DNA of 64,000 nt from Octopus sinensis (lineage: Eukaryota), in assembly GCF_006345805.1 (NCBI RefSeq), contig NC_043003.1, forward strand, positions 111,786,001-111,850,000, in the 5' to 3' direction. The notes under the pieces are model-generated. The model had not been told where the DNA came from and did not search any database. It saw only the letters and a list, made by a program, of their open reading frames with translations. Shown here piece by piece: positions 51,211 through 64,000 of the stretch; the stretch's first letter is position 1; each line of letters begins with the position of its first letter. Position numbers and translations under genes: made by a program.

Positions 51211-52391
51211 TCATGTGTATATGTTACGCAAATGAATTAATTGTTCAATTAAGCGAATTACTCGTTCTTTGGATGAGCATGCAAATGCAGAGCCAATCCA
51301 CATTTGTATAGAGGCTGCTCATGTATGAAACAATGTTTCAAATGTAATAACTGATTACTAAATGCGGTTGCTGAAACAAACAAACAAACAACTGCAGACA
51401 TTTGTGGGGTACATTAAGAACAGAGTCAATATCATATTACACAAATACTATTGTTGGTATGCAGAGTGATATGGCGTAAGACATCGGAAAGATTTACTGT
51501 TCTATTTATTCTCAGAAGCTGAGAATTTAGTGGATGTCTTCAAAGAACTTGAAGCGGCCAGCGAGAAAATATAGGAGAGCTCTATAGACAAGTAGACAAT
51601 GTTAATATTTTACACTGAGTTATATATCGTTTCAAATTATTTACCTGGAGTTATAAGATATGAAGACGACACTGCACGTGAAACTGCAAACGCAGAAAAA
51701 CGTCAAGCTTATGATTAGCTTACTAATTACGTGCATATATTTAAGATAGACTATAAGCATGCAAACGTTCGTATTTGTCAAATATGAAGGAGAAATGCAG
51801 TGAATATATTTGTGACTTGGATGAGTAACATTCACAACTTAATCTTTATCAAAATATCCAGACAGCGAACTTCTGCTGCCGGTTCTGTAGCCTCTGGGAA
51901 TGTTCACTATGAGATATACGTCAATGTTGTTGATGCTCTGAAAATTCTTTGTTAGAAAAATGTTAGATTACTATTGACAACCTAGATTTCTCAGAAAGGT
52001 TGTACTAACAATAAAAGAATGTACCTCCACGCCAATATACATCACGCCTTCACCCCAATGACATGGATGTCAAACAATTGTAGATAAAAAACTGTTTTGA
52101 TGAAAATTTAAGGAAGAAATTGAATACTTGAAAATAAAATGAGAGGGCACTATTCACATATATCTAACATTGAGCTCTGATTGTGGGGACCACTCATTGA
52201 CTTCTTAACCTAACAAAAACAATAATAAAAAACCTAAAGACACAAAGATTCCTTAGTAGTGTTCGGGTCTTGAACCTAGTTCAGGGGGTTATTAGATGGG
52301 AGCAATCAATGATTTCTAGAACAAGGTCAGTTGCTGTATCTAATACCCCGGGCTGAAAATACGTGGTTTTGAAAATTTATTTGCATACATA

Positions 52392-52615
52392 CTCTCTCTT
52401 TTACTCTTTTACTTGTTTCAGTCATTTGACTGCGGCCATGCTGGAGCACCGCCTTTAATCGAGCAACTCGACCCCGGGACTTATTCTTTTTGTAAGCCCA
52501 GTACTTATTCTATCGGTCTCTTTTGCCGAACCGCTAAGTAACGGGGACATAAACACACCAGCATCGGTTGTCAAGCAATGCTAGGGGGACAAACACACTC
52601 ACACAAACACACACA

Positions 52616-52666
<51 letters not shown>

Positions 52667-52817
52667 GTACGACGGGCTTCTTTGAGCTTCCGTCTACCAA
52701 ATCCACACACAAGACTTTGGTCGGCCCGAAGCTATAGTAGAAGACACTTGCCCAAGTTGCCATGCAGTGAGACTGAACCCGGAACCATGTGGTTGGTAAA
52801 CAAGCTACTTACCACAC
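52392..52817 (-). mobile_element. SINE family A, essentially full length
   Basis: tRNA-like head GTGTGGTAAGTAGCTTG...GGTTCAGTCTC, CTTGGGCAAGTGTCTT, internal (TA)n(TG)n, tail AAGTAAAAGAGTAAAAAGAG. Confidence 0.88.
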
Positions 52818-53784
52818 ATCAGAAGTACAGTGATAAGGGTTTAAAACTGCGACAAGATAACAGAAAATCCTTTGGCTACCGAAAAAGGGTCCCTTCTACC
52901 ATTCGATATATACTGAATTACTGACCCCCACGTTTCACTAATCCTGTTAGAAAGGTAACAAGATAGTAATTAATGTGTACTAAAACTGAACCGACACTTT
53001 CCGCTCACTAATTCTGATACAGAATTAATAAATTTATTTGATAATGATTGGTAATGGTACAAACAGATATGTGCACCGGATTAGCCGACAATTATCTAGA
53101 ATAGTCACAAAGACTGCAAATTAGCAGCGATCCAAAATTAACTGTCGATTCTTCGACTTATATTCGAATATATTTTTGCCGCTCCGTTAGCTGTTTGTCC
53201 TTAAATCTGATGCATAGAGACGTATTTATATGCATTATAGCAAGCATTGTATTTAGTGTTTGTGTACGAGAAAAATCAATAGAGAATTATAACTAAAAGT
53301 TACATTTAATTGATAAGCGAAAAGCAAAATCGTGCATTAATTACTCCACACATTATATTTTAATATTTTTATCTATTCATTTATTGATTTAGTTTTTTTA
53401 TATTTAAGAACTGTTACTCTAAGTACCTAAATAATGGAATGTCACAAGAATTGAAATTTCAAATTCATGAAATAAATTAAATAAATTCAATGAAATGTAA
53501 GAAATTGTATGTGTTTTATTTTGAACTTATTTTTTTATTTTATTTTCATTTTCAACTAAATTTACTCATTCTGTACGAATGCTGTTGCCACTTGAGGTGC
53601 CATGTCCAATCTTGCCATTTATGTTTGAGGCCAAGAAATCCAATGGTGAAGAATTACGTCAGCTGATCATCTGGAAAATGTATTTTCTTATTTTAAGTTT
53701 TAAGACGCAACAACTTCCCACGCATTATACATTCGTTTCTCTCTCTCTTTTTCCCTGTCTCTATTTCTATCTCAAAGTATATAC

Positions 53785-53840
<56 letters not shown>

Positions 53841-53842
53841 GC

Positions 53843-53874
<32 letters not shown>

Positions 53875-53878
53875 TATA

Positions 53879-53921
<43 letters not shown>

Positions 53922-54152
53922 CATATATATATATGCATATATATATCTGTCTCTCTCTCTCTCTCAAATTCCCTCACTCTTTCTCACACAGACACATACA
54001 CACATACCCATAACACGCAACCACACTCATACTTTATGTACATTTCCACCTGATACACACTTCTCTTTCTCTCTCACAAACTTACTTTCTGGAGTATTTA
54101 AAGTTTCTATTCTTGGGACTCTCAATGTCTCTCTCTTATCTCTCTCTGCTTG

Positions 54153-54212
<60 letters not shown>

Positions 54213-54221
54213 GTGTGTGTA

Positions 54222-54280
<59 letters not shown>

Positions 54281-55476
54281 GTATAATACATATACATACT
54301 TGCATGCATAGAAGCGTACAGAGAGACATGCATACATGCAAAGACAGAGGGACGGAGATATGGATATAAATATGGATAAGGGTAATAGCAACAGAATATA
54401 GAGTAAGCTACATGCCTTTGTGGGGTGTAATTTGTGAGTTGTGATTAAAGTATTCAATGAGAGCAGTAAGCATTGTACTTATTTTATGTTTTAATTTCTG
54501 AGAGGAACTGTTATAGTAAGCAAAACTGTTTGGAAATACACAACAGGAAATATAGTGAGTGTGAACATTAGTGTGTGTGACAAATGCAAAAGGGAAGGAA
54601 AGACAGAGAGAAATATACGAGAATAAGTAGGCGGAAAAGTCTAGTGAGTGGGGAGATGAAGAATGAAAAAGAACTTATTGGTAAATAAATGTTCGCTTTT
54701 GTGTGTGTGTGTGTATGTGTGTGTGATCGTGTTTGTGTGTGCGTGAGTGTGTGTGTGTGTGTGCAGATCTACTGTGTACAGAAGTGTTGGGCTCTAAATA
54801 ATTGATGGTGTCGGCCGGTATGCAGAAGTGGTTGAAGACCTGTTGTAATGGAATATGTAGTAAACTACTCAGACCATTATCAGTAAGAAAGTGAACCTCG
54901 AGGTTTCAAGGAAGAAGAGATCGCCACAAATTTTTCATTCATTCATATAGAACATAAGTTCTATATGAGAAGTGCAGCTGCAGGGTTGAACGATAAAATA
55001 GTCTCACACAAAGCAGTAACACTTGTCGTAATGTCGACGTATCAATAAATGTTTCATCTACGTCAACCACACTTAAAAGTATGTACATGTGTGAGACTGG
55101 GAGCTAAAGTTCCTCTAGATAACGTCGCGGAAATTCATATTTTTACTGAAGGGCAGGAGATGTGAGGTCGGCTAGGTCGCAGCGACTATACAGTGGGAAA
55201 ATGGAATTCACTTCATGATACGATAACGCGTTTCATGAAGGGAATGTACATGTGGAAGATATGTAGAACTGGGATACCGTGTTTAATCATTTTATCCTTA
55301 TTTGGTGGTTTTGGATTTTCTACTGTTCTTTCTAGCACAAGGCTTTCCTATTTGGAAGCCTTTTATTGTATTTGTATGTGAATAATATATATAGTTTAAT
55401 GACTACTTCGCTTTTGTGCTAGGCCACTGGTAATAATAATTTCTTATTATTAATTTCTATTGTTATTTATTACGTT

Positions 55477-55532
<56 letters not shown>

Positions 55533-56269
55533 ATATGTATGTATGTATGGATGTATGTATGTATGTATGTATGCATGTATGTATGTATGTATGTATGTAT
55601 GTATGTATGTATACACGTTGCACATCTAGTTATTTTTAACGATTAATTCTGCACTGAAGTAAATCTTCATTGAGAAACTCCGTTTGCAACTTTAATGTTC
55701 GTAACTTGTTACATGTAAAATCATCTTAGATAATGATTACAGTATATTAAATCGGATTACATTTTGATAGATGATTACTTTTTTTTTTAAACCATGATAA
55801 TAAACCGGATTAAACTGTCTCTCAAAGAAGGAAGCAGAGGAAAGGGAAAGATACATTTTATAATTGTTATTATAACTGTTTAGAAAATAATTCGTTTTAA
55901 ATTTAGCCCTTTTTATGTTGGCAGAGAACCAAAGTTGTAGGGTATGTGTAACAGCGTTGATTGTCCGACGAAACTACTTACGCTCAGTAGAAAAGAAATT
56001 AAATATATTTGAAATATACTAACATGATAAAAGTCATGCGAAAAGAGATCATTCTGAATACTAAAGTTCCAGGTAGCCACATGTACATTGGGTAAGTGGT
56101 AAACGTTTTAAATATAGATTTCAGAGCTGTGTTTCTAATTCTGCTTACAGATATATCGTTGATAGTTTATGCATGTCATGTCCGCAATTAAATTAAAATC
56201 TTTATAAAGATATGAAGAATCTGTAAGTTTCCTTCAAGTTCATTTATTTCTCAACCAATATTATGCTTA

Positions 56270-56430
56270 CCGGTATTTCGTCTGACTTTACGTTCCGAGT
56301 TCAAATACCTGGTCGACTTTTCCTTTCATCGTTTGCGGGTCGATAAATCAAGTACCAGTTGCGTACTGGAAGTGATTAGGTCGACTTCCGCCTTACCCCA
56401 AAATTTCAGGCCCTGTGCCTAGAGTAGAAA
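56270..56430 (+). mobile_element. SINE family C, partial
   Basis: GTATTTCGTCTG...GAGTTCAAAT...GTCGACTTTTCC...GTCGATAAATCAAGTACCAGTTGCGTACTGG. Confidence 0.7.
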
Positions 56431-57019
56431 CGAATATAGATACCTACACACACACACTAATATTAATTGGTGAAATTGATATATATGTGTATATATTTAT
56501 ATACGTACATACATATGTGTGTGTGTGTACGTGAACATATTTGAAGAATTTAGTCGAGCAAATTCAAAACGTTAGTTACGTTTTTATATCTTTTATTTAT
56601 TCTATCGAAACCTTATGCTTAATCACTACATTAAGGGAACGTATACCAATCAACAGCGACATCAACCACAGACGAATGCTCACACAAACATACACAAATA
56701 CACACACTCAAAATTTATGTACACACGCACATATGTATATATGCATGCATATTTATACATATTTAAATATATACCGATATACGATGAACTCTTCCGTCAC
56801 TTTCCACGTTTCAATATTCGACCGTGAATGATTTGTCTACCGACCAGAATAATCATATCGAATGTGATATTACAGTCCCGCCAACGTCTTGCCACGAAAT
56901 CCGAAGATATTGCATGTAAGGGAATTACGAGTCAGTGGGTATATTTTCAGCCGCTTCTCTCCTTTGCCTTGCAGCCCCCTTAGACTGTTACTGCTGGTAG
57001 AAACGAATTCTCTTCTACT

Positions 57020-57230
57020 ATTTCTACACTACCTGTTTCATTCTCTTCGCTCCAAGGCCGTTTGATCAAAGCGTGTCCTTATATCTGAGACATGGTCAAC
57101 CAGTATACCTATGTCCACTGTCAAGCCGGCCGTACAGGAAGGGTTTGGATATTCTTCCATCACTCATTCTGAGAATACGGTCAGCCTAGCACAACTTCAA
57201 TTCCATAAGGAGTTGATCCACCAAACTTGC
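57020..57230 (-). mobile_element. RTE-clade LINE 3' fragment
   Basis: ILRMSDGRISKPFLYGRLDSGHR..G.PCLRYKDTL, matching RTE C-terminal RM.D.RIPK.LLYG.L..G.R..GRP..RYKD. Confidence 0.7.
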
Positions 57231-57354
57231 CATACTCCTAAATAAATTTAAGGCCTGAAGCAGAGGCCTCCGATTCACAATTTCCTTGACATTCCTATTT
57301 GTCTGCCTATATTTTTATAGATACGCATACAGACAGAGGGAGAGACATAAACAT

Positions 57355-57478
<124 letters not shown>

Positions 57479-58005
57479 TAGACAATAATCTTTTTAAAAT
57501 TCATAAGGTTAGATCGGCCCATAGATTTAGCGGTGATAGAAAGCGGGCTACTTAACCATACGTACATGGTTGTAAATCAAGCTACTTAAACATACATCAA
57601 TTTCTGCAACTGTGCGTATATTATATTAATATATTACATTATCGCATATACTATTACCATTATATTATAAATGTAATACACTGCACAAGTGTACTAAATC
57701 ATTTCAGAATCTGATAGACTGTCAGGCCATATTTGTTCTAAATTTCCGCGGACTTAATTCAAATCCCGCTAAGTTAAGTTCAACATTTCCTGTCACATTT
57801 TCCAGGGTGTTGTGTTAGAGGAACCCTTTGTGTCCCTGTGCTGACTTTTTGCATTGTGACGCTAATGTAGAGGACAACAATGATGCATTGCCTTCGAGGC
57901 AGGCAGCCTTATGTATATGCGCATATATATGTGTGTGTGTCTGTGTGTATGTGCGTATTTGTGTGCTTATGTACACATATATATATATATATATGTGTAC
58001 ATACT

Positions 58006-58039
<34 letters not shown>

Positions 58040-60201
58040 ATATATATATGCATATGCATGTGCACACATACGCATACATGCTTATGTGAGCGTGTGTGCA
58101 TGTATGTGTGTTCATACTTCATTACTAGTTAACTTTGAAGTCTTCTTTGAACAATAAAATGTCATTTTTCATAGAGAGAAACAGGGCAGTAATTAATAAG
58201 GAGATTTGAAATAAAAGGATGCAAGATTTCACAGCTTTAGCATCACTTCCATTTAGTCAGCATATTAACTTTTCAGCCGACTCTCCAAATATGAAATGGA
58301 AGAGACTTGTCAGGAAATTTTTACCATGCGCTGCCGATAAATTTTAAGAGAGATGTTATACCAAGCTGGCAAAGATTAGCAACAGCAATTTAGTTCTACT
58401 TCACCAAATCGCTCGGTAAAGCCTATAAAGTCTATGTAAAGATCCTGATTTATGGTCAAAGGTGATTTGTAGCTTCAATATTCATTCCCAACTTCCTATT
58501 TTTGGCCTAAAACCACTTTGCAGTTGACTTATGTCTTAATTTATTTGCGACATAATTCTTTGCTAAATGAGTTTAGTGGTAGTTTAATCATTTATTTCTA
58601 AAAATGGGTTGTTCCGAGCAATTCTTTTGTAATGGAACAAGGATACAGTGTTTCATTTTGGTTTTTATGTGTACACTCTCATAAATTTCCTTCCGTAAGT
58701 CTGTTACATAGATCTACTTTCTGGTTATCAAATGCCAATTCTACTGCAGTTGTTTATTATAAGTTTATTGCCTTCTCAAATTCTTTTAAACAGAGGTTAA
58801 TACAAGTTAACACAAAAATGAATTTCCTATTGTTAATGCAATTAATGGCACCAGTAAATATGTTGAGATGGACTTAACAAAACCAGAAAGGACTTAGATA
58901 ATTATTAACTGAAATTACTGACCTTTCGTGTAACCCTAAATATATATGGAGAAATGGTTTTTTACTTATTCGAACAGTTGAACTGCCTGATCACTGAATT
59001 AAGTTGCAAATTCTGGTTATTACACAGGCATTAGACCACTTAACGTTACTTACGGTGCATACAAGGCTGACCAACGGTCATACATACATACATTTCTGCC
59101 CTCCCGATTTCACTGACAAAACCTTAATAATATCAACATGGTACAATTTACTTGTACAAGATACACGCTCTACTCCTTGATTGAAGCTCGAACCATACGT
59201 TTAGGATGTGAACTTCATAACTACCCGCCCACGCTGCATCCAGCCACACAGATAACGTCGGTCAATTTACGGCGACAGACAAGTATAGCTATAGGAACAC
59301 ACGTTGAAAAGGCGTAGAGATGCAAGCACACATACATGAATATATACACTTGCATACATACATACATACATACATACATACATACATACATACATACATA
59401 CATACATACATACATACATACATACATACATACATACATACATCATACATACATACATAACTATGATGATCTCTTCTTATTTGTTGTCGACTATATTCAA
59501 AAGAAAGAGCTTTGTTTCTTCTTTAGCAAGTGTATCGTTCTCTACAGGTAAGAAATTTGAAACAGGAAAACCATAACACATACATATATGCTATGGTTTT
59601 CAACAAAATGACTCCAAACACCGAAGTCATAAGATTTGGTTTTAATTACATTCAAAGACCATTTCTTACCTGGCAGAATTCATTACATTACCTGTCCAAC
59701 TCGTTGCTGTCTAACTCGATTATTATAGCATCTCAGTGTCACTTCAATCATCTCCACCATTTTCCTACTGCGATTACGCTTCATGCTGCAGTTGATTAGC
59801 AGTAGTATCCTCTGATGTTTTAAGTTTAATTTCCTGATTGCTTTCTCTAGTATTATATAGCAAGTAACTACAGCACACGTTTCTCTCTTGCTTTGTATTG
59901 TGGTTATTGTGACATTGAATTTCGCTTGTATTCTTTAACTGCTCTTACTGTTTGTGCTGTAGTTGTTGATGTTTATTTTATCATTTCATTTCATGACTTT
60001 GACTTTTCCAAATGTTCTATTTTTATTCCGATCAATTTACACTTTTAATAATTGTTGTCATGCGCTTCTCCATCTCCATCATCAAAAAAAAAAAAAATAC
60101 CTACTGTAGCATCACGATTATAATTCTGCTTGCTTACACTTTGAACAAGCAATTTTCCACTCCTCTTTTTACAAAACCACCAGCACCACCAGCACCACCA
60201 C

Positions 60202-60233
<32 letters not shown>

Positions 60234-60311
60234 GTTCATCAGTTAATACTACTCATTCGGAGCAAATTTTATTTATATAATTAATGTTACAAATGTACGT
60301 GCATATATTTA

Positions 60312-60357
<46 letters not shown>

Positions 60358-60463
60358 TATATATGTGCATATATACATAAGCATACATATATATACATAT
60401 ACACATAGACACACATACACATATATGTGTGAGTGTATGTTATGTATAATATATATATATATG

Positions 60464-60554
<91 letters not shown>

Positions 60555-60756
60555 ATATAAATATATACATACAAGTTTATGTATTTGTGTTACGGGATTC
60601 CTGATGTGAAACCGCGTGCTGAAACAATTATCGTTGTATTTCGGGATAGTCATTTTTGCAAAATAAGAACAGTATTAAACGAGTGAAGAGCGAATATAGA
60701 ATGCGTGTATTTATTAGGCAAAACAAAAATTGATCATCCCGAAATACAACAATATA

Positions 60757-61700
60757 TATTAGGGTGGTGGAAATGCAATGACTGATTTTAAGTTCCCCAT
60801 TAAAAATGATAACGTCCATGATCACGACAATATTTACTCGTTAACATGATTTCCTTTACTTTCTAGAACTACATCCCATCTAACAACAAGCTTATGTGTG
60901 ACACGTTTGTAAAACTTTCGATTTTGATACGAAATATGTATCCAACTCATTTTCAACCTCTTCTCTTAATATCAACCTAAGACCATTCAAATGGTTCTGT
61001 AGTCAGGGAGACAAGTGCTAATCATAAGGACCACGGTATGGAGAATATGGAGCATGAAGCAATAATTCCTAACCAAGCTTTTCGAAGAGATCTTTGGTCG
61101 GTCGAGCTCTCTGAGGACAAACATTATCATGGTAGACAATGACACCTTTTCTAGTGACAAAGCACGGTCGCTCTCTGTTCAACGCAGCTTTCAAACAATG
61201 AAGTTGATCACAGTAGAGATTAACAGTAATTGTTTGATTCTGGTGTAACAGTTCATAATGGACAATTCCTTCAATATCCCACCATACACACAATACGATC
61301 GTCCTTAGAGGAAGGCCTCCTCTTGGTTGTTGAAAAGGTCTTGCCCCTCGACTGATCCTCGGTCGGTAGCGTTTAATGATATGGTAAATGATCCACTTCT
61401 AATCACTTGTCTCCAGCCTTCCTAATTATGGTTCCTTAAGGTGTCGTGAAAGCAATGACTAACAACAAACACCACACTGTTGCAGATTCTCTGGAGACAA
61501 TTCTTGCGGGAGCCACTTGCCAACCACTGAAACCTTTCCGATCCTTTTCACTTGACGTAGAACAGTTTTATGGGTGAGGTTAAACTGTTCTCCTACTTCA
61601 CTAAAAGAGGCGCTCGGATATTCTGTAATGATTTCCAACTCTTAGGAATCGAGTTGATTTGAACGACCCTGTTTTGACACGTCTTTCAAACTCAAATCCC
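60757..61700 (-). mobile_element. Mariner (DD34D-type) transposase remnant with a probable 3' TIR
   Basis: IGKVSVVGKWLPQEL...KWIIY...CVWWDIEGIVHYELL...HDNV..Q.ARPT...HAPYSPY..PYD; TA-TATTAGGGTGGTGG terminus near 60760. Confidence 0.8.
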
Positions 61701-61894
61701 CACTTCTGAAGTGGAGTGTGTGTTTGGGATGAAGATGTGAAGTAGGGGTGGGTAGTAGGGATGTGAGGGTGAGGTGTGGATGGATAGGGTGACGATCAAA
61801 AGAGAAGGTGGGTAGCATCTTAGTTGCACTTCAATCTCCATCTATGTATGGGGTATGTGTTTACATCCCTGCATGGTTGATAACTTTTACGTCC

Positions 61895-62000
61895 AGCGAG
61901 TTCAGGAGAAGGCGTAAGGCGATGACATTAACCTCAGCAGCATCTGGTACATATTCTATCGATCCGGAATGGATGAAAGGCAAAGTCGACCTCGGTGGAA
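61895..62000 (+). mobile_element. SINE fragment sharing the family C GGATGAAAGGCAAAGTCGACCTCGG segment in inverted orientation
   Basis: GAATGGATGAAAGGCAAAGTCGACCTCGGTGGAA matches the + strand text of 399-611 and 28186-28412. Confidence 0.5.
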
Positions 62001-63589
62001 CACAAATTAGTATCATTAGTAATAGTTATTAGTCTCTCAGACTCGGCATTGCTATAGTAAGATTGTAGTTACGAAAACGTAGCCGATGATAAAAATTCCC
62101 AACTATTTTGAAAACATCTAAACGGAATATGAATTGTTTTGTGATGTATTGCAGTGGTGTTTGGCCAGGCTATAAACTGTTGTTATTGTATTTTCGGTCG
62201 TCTTAATTTATTCTCTACTGTGGAATATGTCGCTGCATCTTCTGTTCTTACATGTTCTTCCTACGGCGACAATTATTTAGAGGAGTATTTTCCATTCCTA
62301 CAATTGCTGCTGTTACTACCACTACCATTGCTGTTGCTGCTACTAATGCTGTTAAATAGTATTGTCAACCAAAATGTAATTAGCATATTTTCATATTTTC
62401 GATTTGCTTTTTTTTTCTGCTGTCTGTTTGTAAGGTTTGCTGCATTGAGTTATATATCAATAATTTTGTATATACTTTTAATTTCGAAAATTAATTTCAT
62501 ACTCCCACTGAAATGCGTTGTGGCATCGGTGGAAGCATGGAAATAATTATATTGTTAATGATCTGTTGCAAGATTTATTTTTTTTTACTGCCCAGTATTT
62601 ATTCCGCGAAATAAAACATGAAAATATATGGCAAAGAAACACAGAGAGAGACGCAGAACAGAGAGACAAAAGCAGAAAGAGAGAGAGAGAGAGAGATAGA
62701 GAGAGAGAGAGATAGAGAGAAAGAAGATAAACTAAAGATCTGAAGTACTTGAATTTCAAGTAACGTAGTTAAAATTTTCAATGTATTTTCGATAACGTTC
62801 ATTTTTTTGAGATTTTGGTTTTATTGTCTGTTTATTTATTTACATCATTTAATAATTTTAATTTGATTTTAATTCTCCTTATAGGCCTCTAAATATTTCA
62901 ATCCTAATTTGAAACATGTTATGGTTTGGCAGTATTTGTATTCGGAAAGAGGCTTAGAATAATCATTCTACTTGTTTTATATCACCATCATCGCCATCAT
63001 TATACTGGTGTTAGTGGTAATGATGCTGTTGTTGTTGTTGTTGTCGGTGGTGGTTTTGGGGGCAGTGGTGATGGGGCTATTGATGTTGACAGCGCTGATT
63101 GCCTTTGCGGTAGTGAGAGTGAATGTAATAACTACGATGAGGCTGAGTTTCATTTACGATAATAATATCAACAATTAAGACAACGTTGGGAAGTTAATTT
63201 TCTACCAAGTGTATTCTGGTACGTTGCCGTGGAAACGTGAGCTCGTGAGCTGATTAATTCCGTTAAATTACAGTAGTGATAGAAAATTCAAATTCCCTTT
63301 GAGATATTTTTCTTATTATTGTTTCCCACAGAAAGTCTTTACTTTACATACACCAGAACAAGCAATTTTATTCAGTTACCTTTCTTTCATGCCGAGGCAC
63401 CGCCTTCAAGAATTTTAGTCGAAATGATCGAACTTCATCTTTTTTTTATGTAAGACATATTTTATCAATATGTATTACCGAACCACTATGTTACATGGAT
63501 GTAAACACACCAACGCTTGCGGTAGTGGGGACAGATACAAAGACACACAAATCCAGAACAAACATACACGTATTTATGTATAATTTATG

Positions 63590-63752
<163 letters not shown>

Positions 63753-64000
63753 CGATACATAAATATCGGTTTCGCTTTAATGAGTCAAAATGTTATTATA
63801 ACATAAAATGTATGTTGTTAATAGATAAATTGTACGTTCTATTGTTCGAAATTTGGTGTATACTAAAAGACACATTGTATTATTTAAGATTGGCATTTTA
63901 ATAGTTAAATTCCTGGGCAATTTTGTTTTATTTATATGTCATCTGATAAGGTACTGTCACACTTATTGACGCACTTTATATTGATGAAATTTATGATGTA

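Noticed and set aside
54943-54968. Perfect 11-bp hairpin TCATATAGAAC-ATAA-GTTCTATATGA
   Set aside because: The stem is AT-rich, about one such hairpin is plausible by chance in 64 kb, and there is no supporting context.
62926-63178. Gly/Val/His-rich ORFs
   Set aside because: They derive from degenerate (GTT)/(GGT)/(CAT) low-complexity sequence.

Overview
AT-rich eukaryotic DNA, most likely from an octopus/cephalopod. That assignment is an inference from the tRNA-derived SINE families and the dense (TA)n/(TACA)n/(GATA)n/(ATT)n microsatellites. I cannot confidently identify any host protein-coding gene, rRNA, true tRNA gene or CRISPR array, and almost all ORFs in the supplied track are microsatellite artefacts. 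The window is a patchwork of decayed mobile elements: Penelope-like elements (PLEs; RT/GIY-YIG remnants), R4/Dong-type RLE LINE 3' fragments in or beside (TAA)n arrays, RTE, CR1/L2-like and Tx1-like LINE fragments, a Gypsy gag-protease remnant, DD37D (maT-like) and DD34D mariner transposons (one full length with TIRs and TA TSD), and about 17 SINE copies. The most notable signal is at the RNA-structure level: seven self-cleaving-ribozyme-like motifs of four types. These are two identical minimal hammerheads with a C at core position 4, two PLE 3' hammerheads each carrying a different core lesion, two hammerhead-like motifs in the arms of a ~256-bp foldback, and one HDV-like motif heading an orphan RTE-like 5' end. 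All calls were made by eye from translation and motif recognition. Element boundaries are approximate (tens of bp) and no ribozyme activity is demonstrated.
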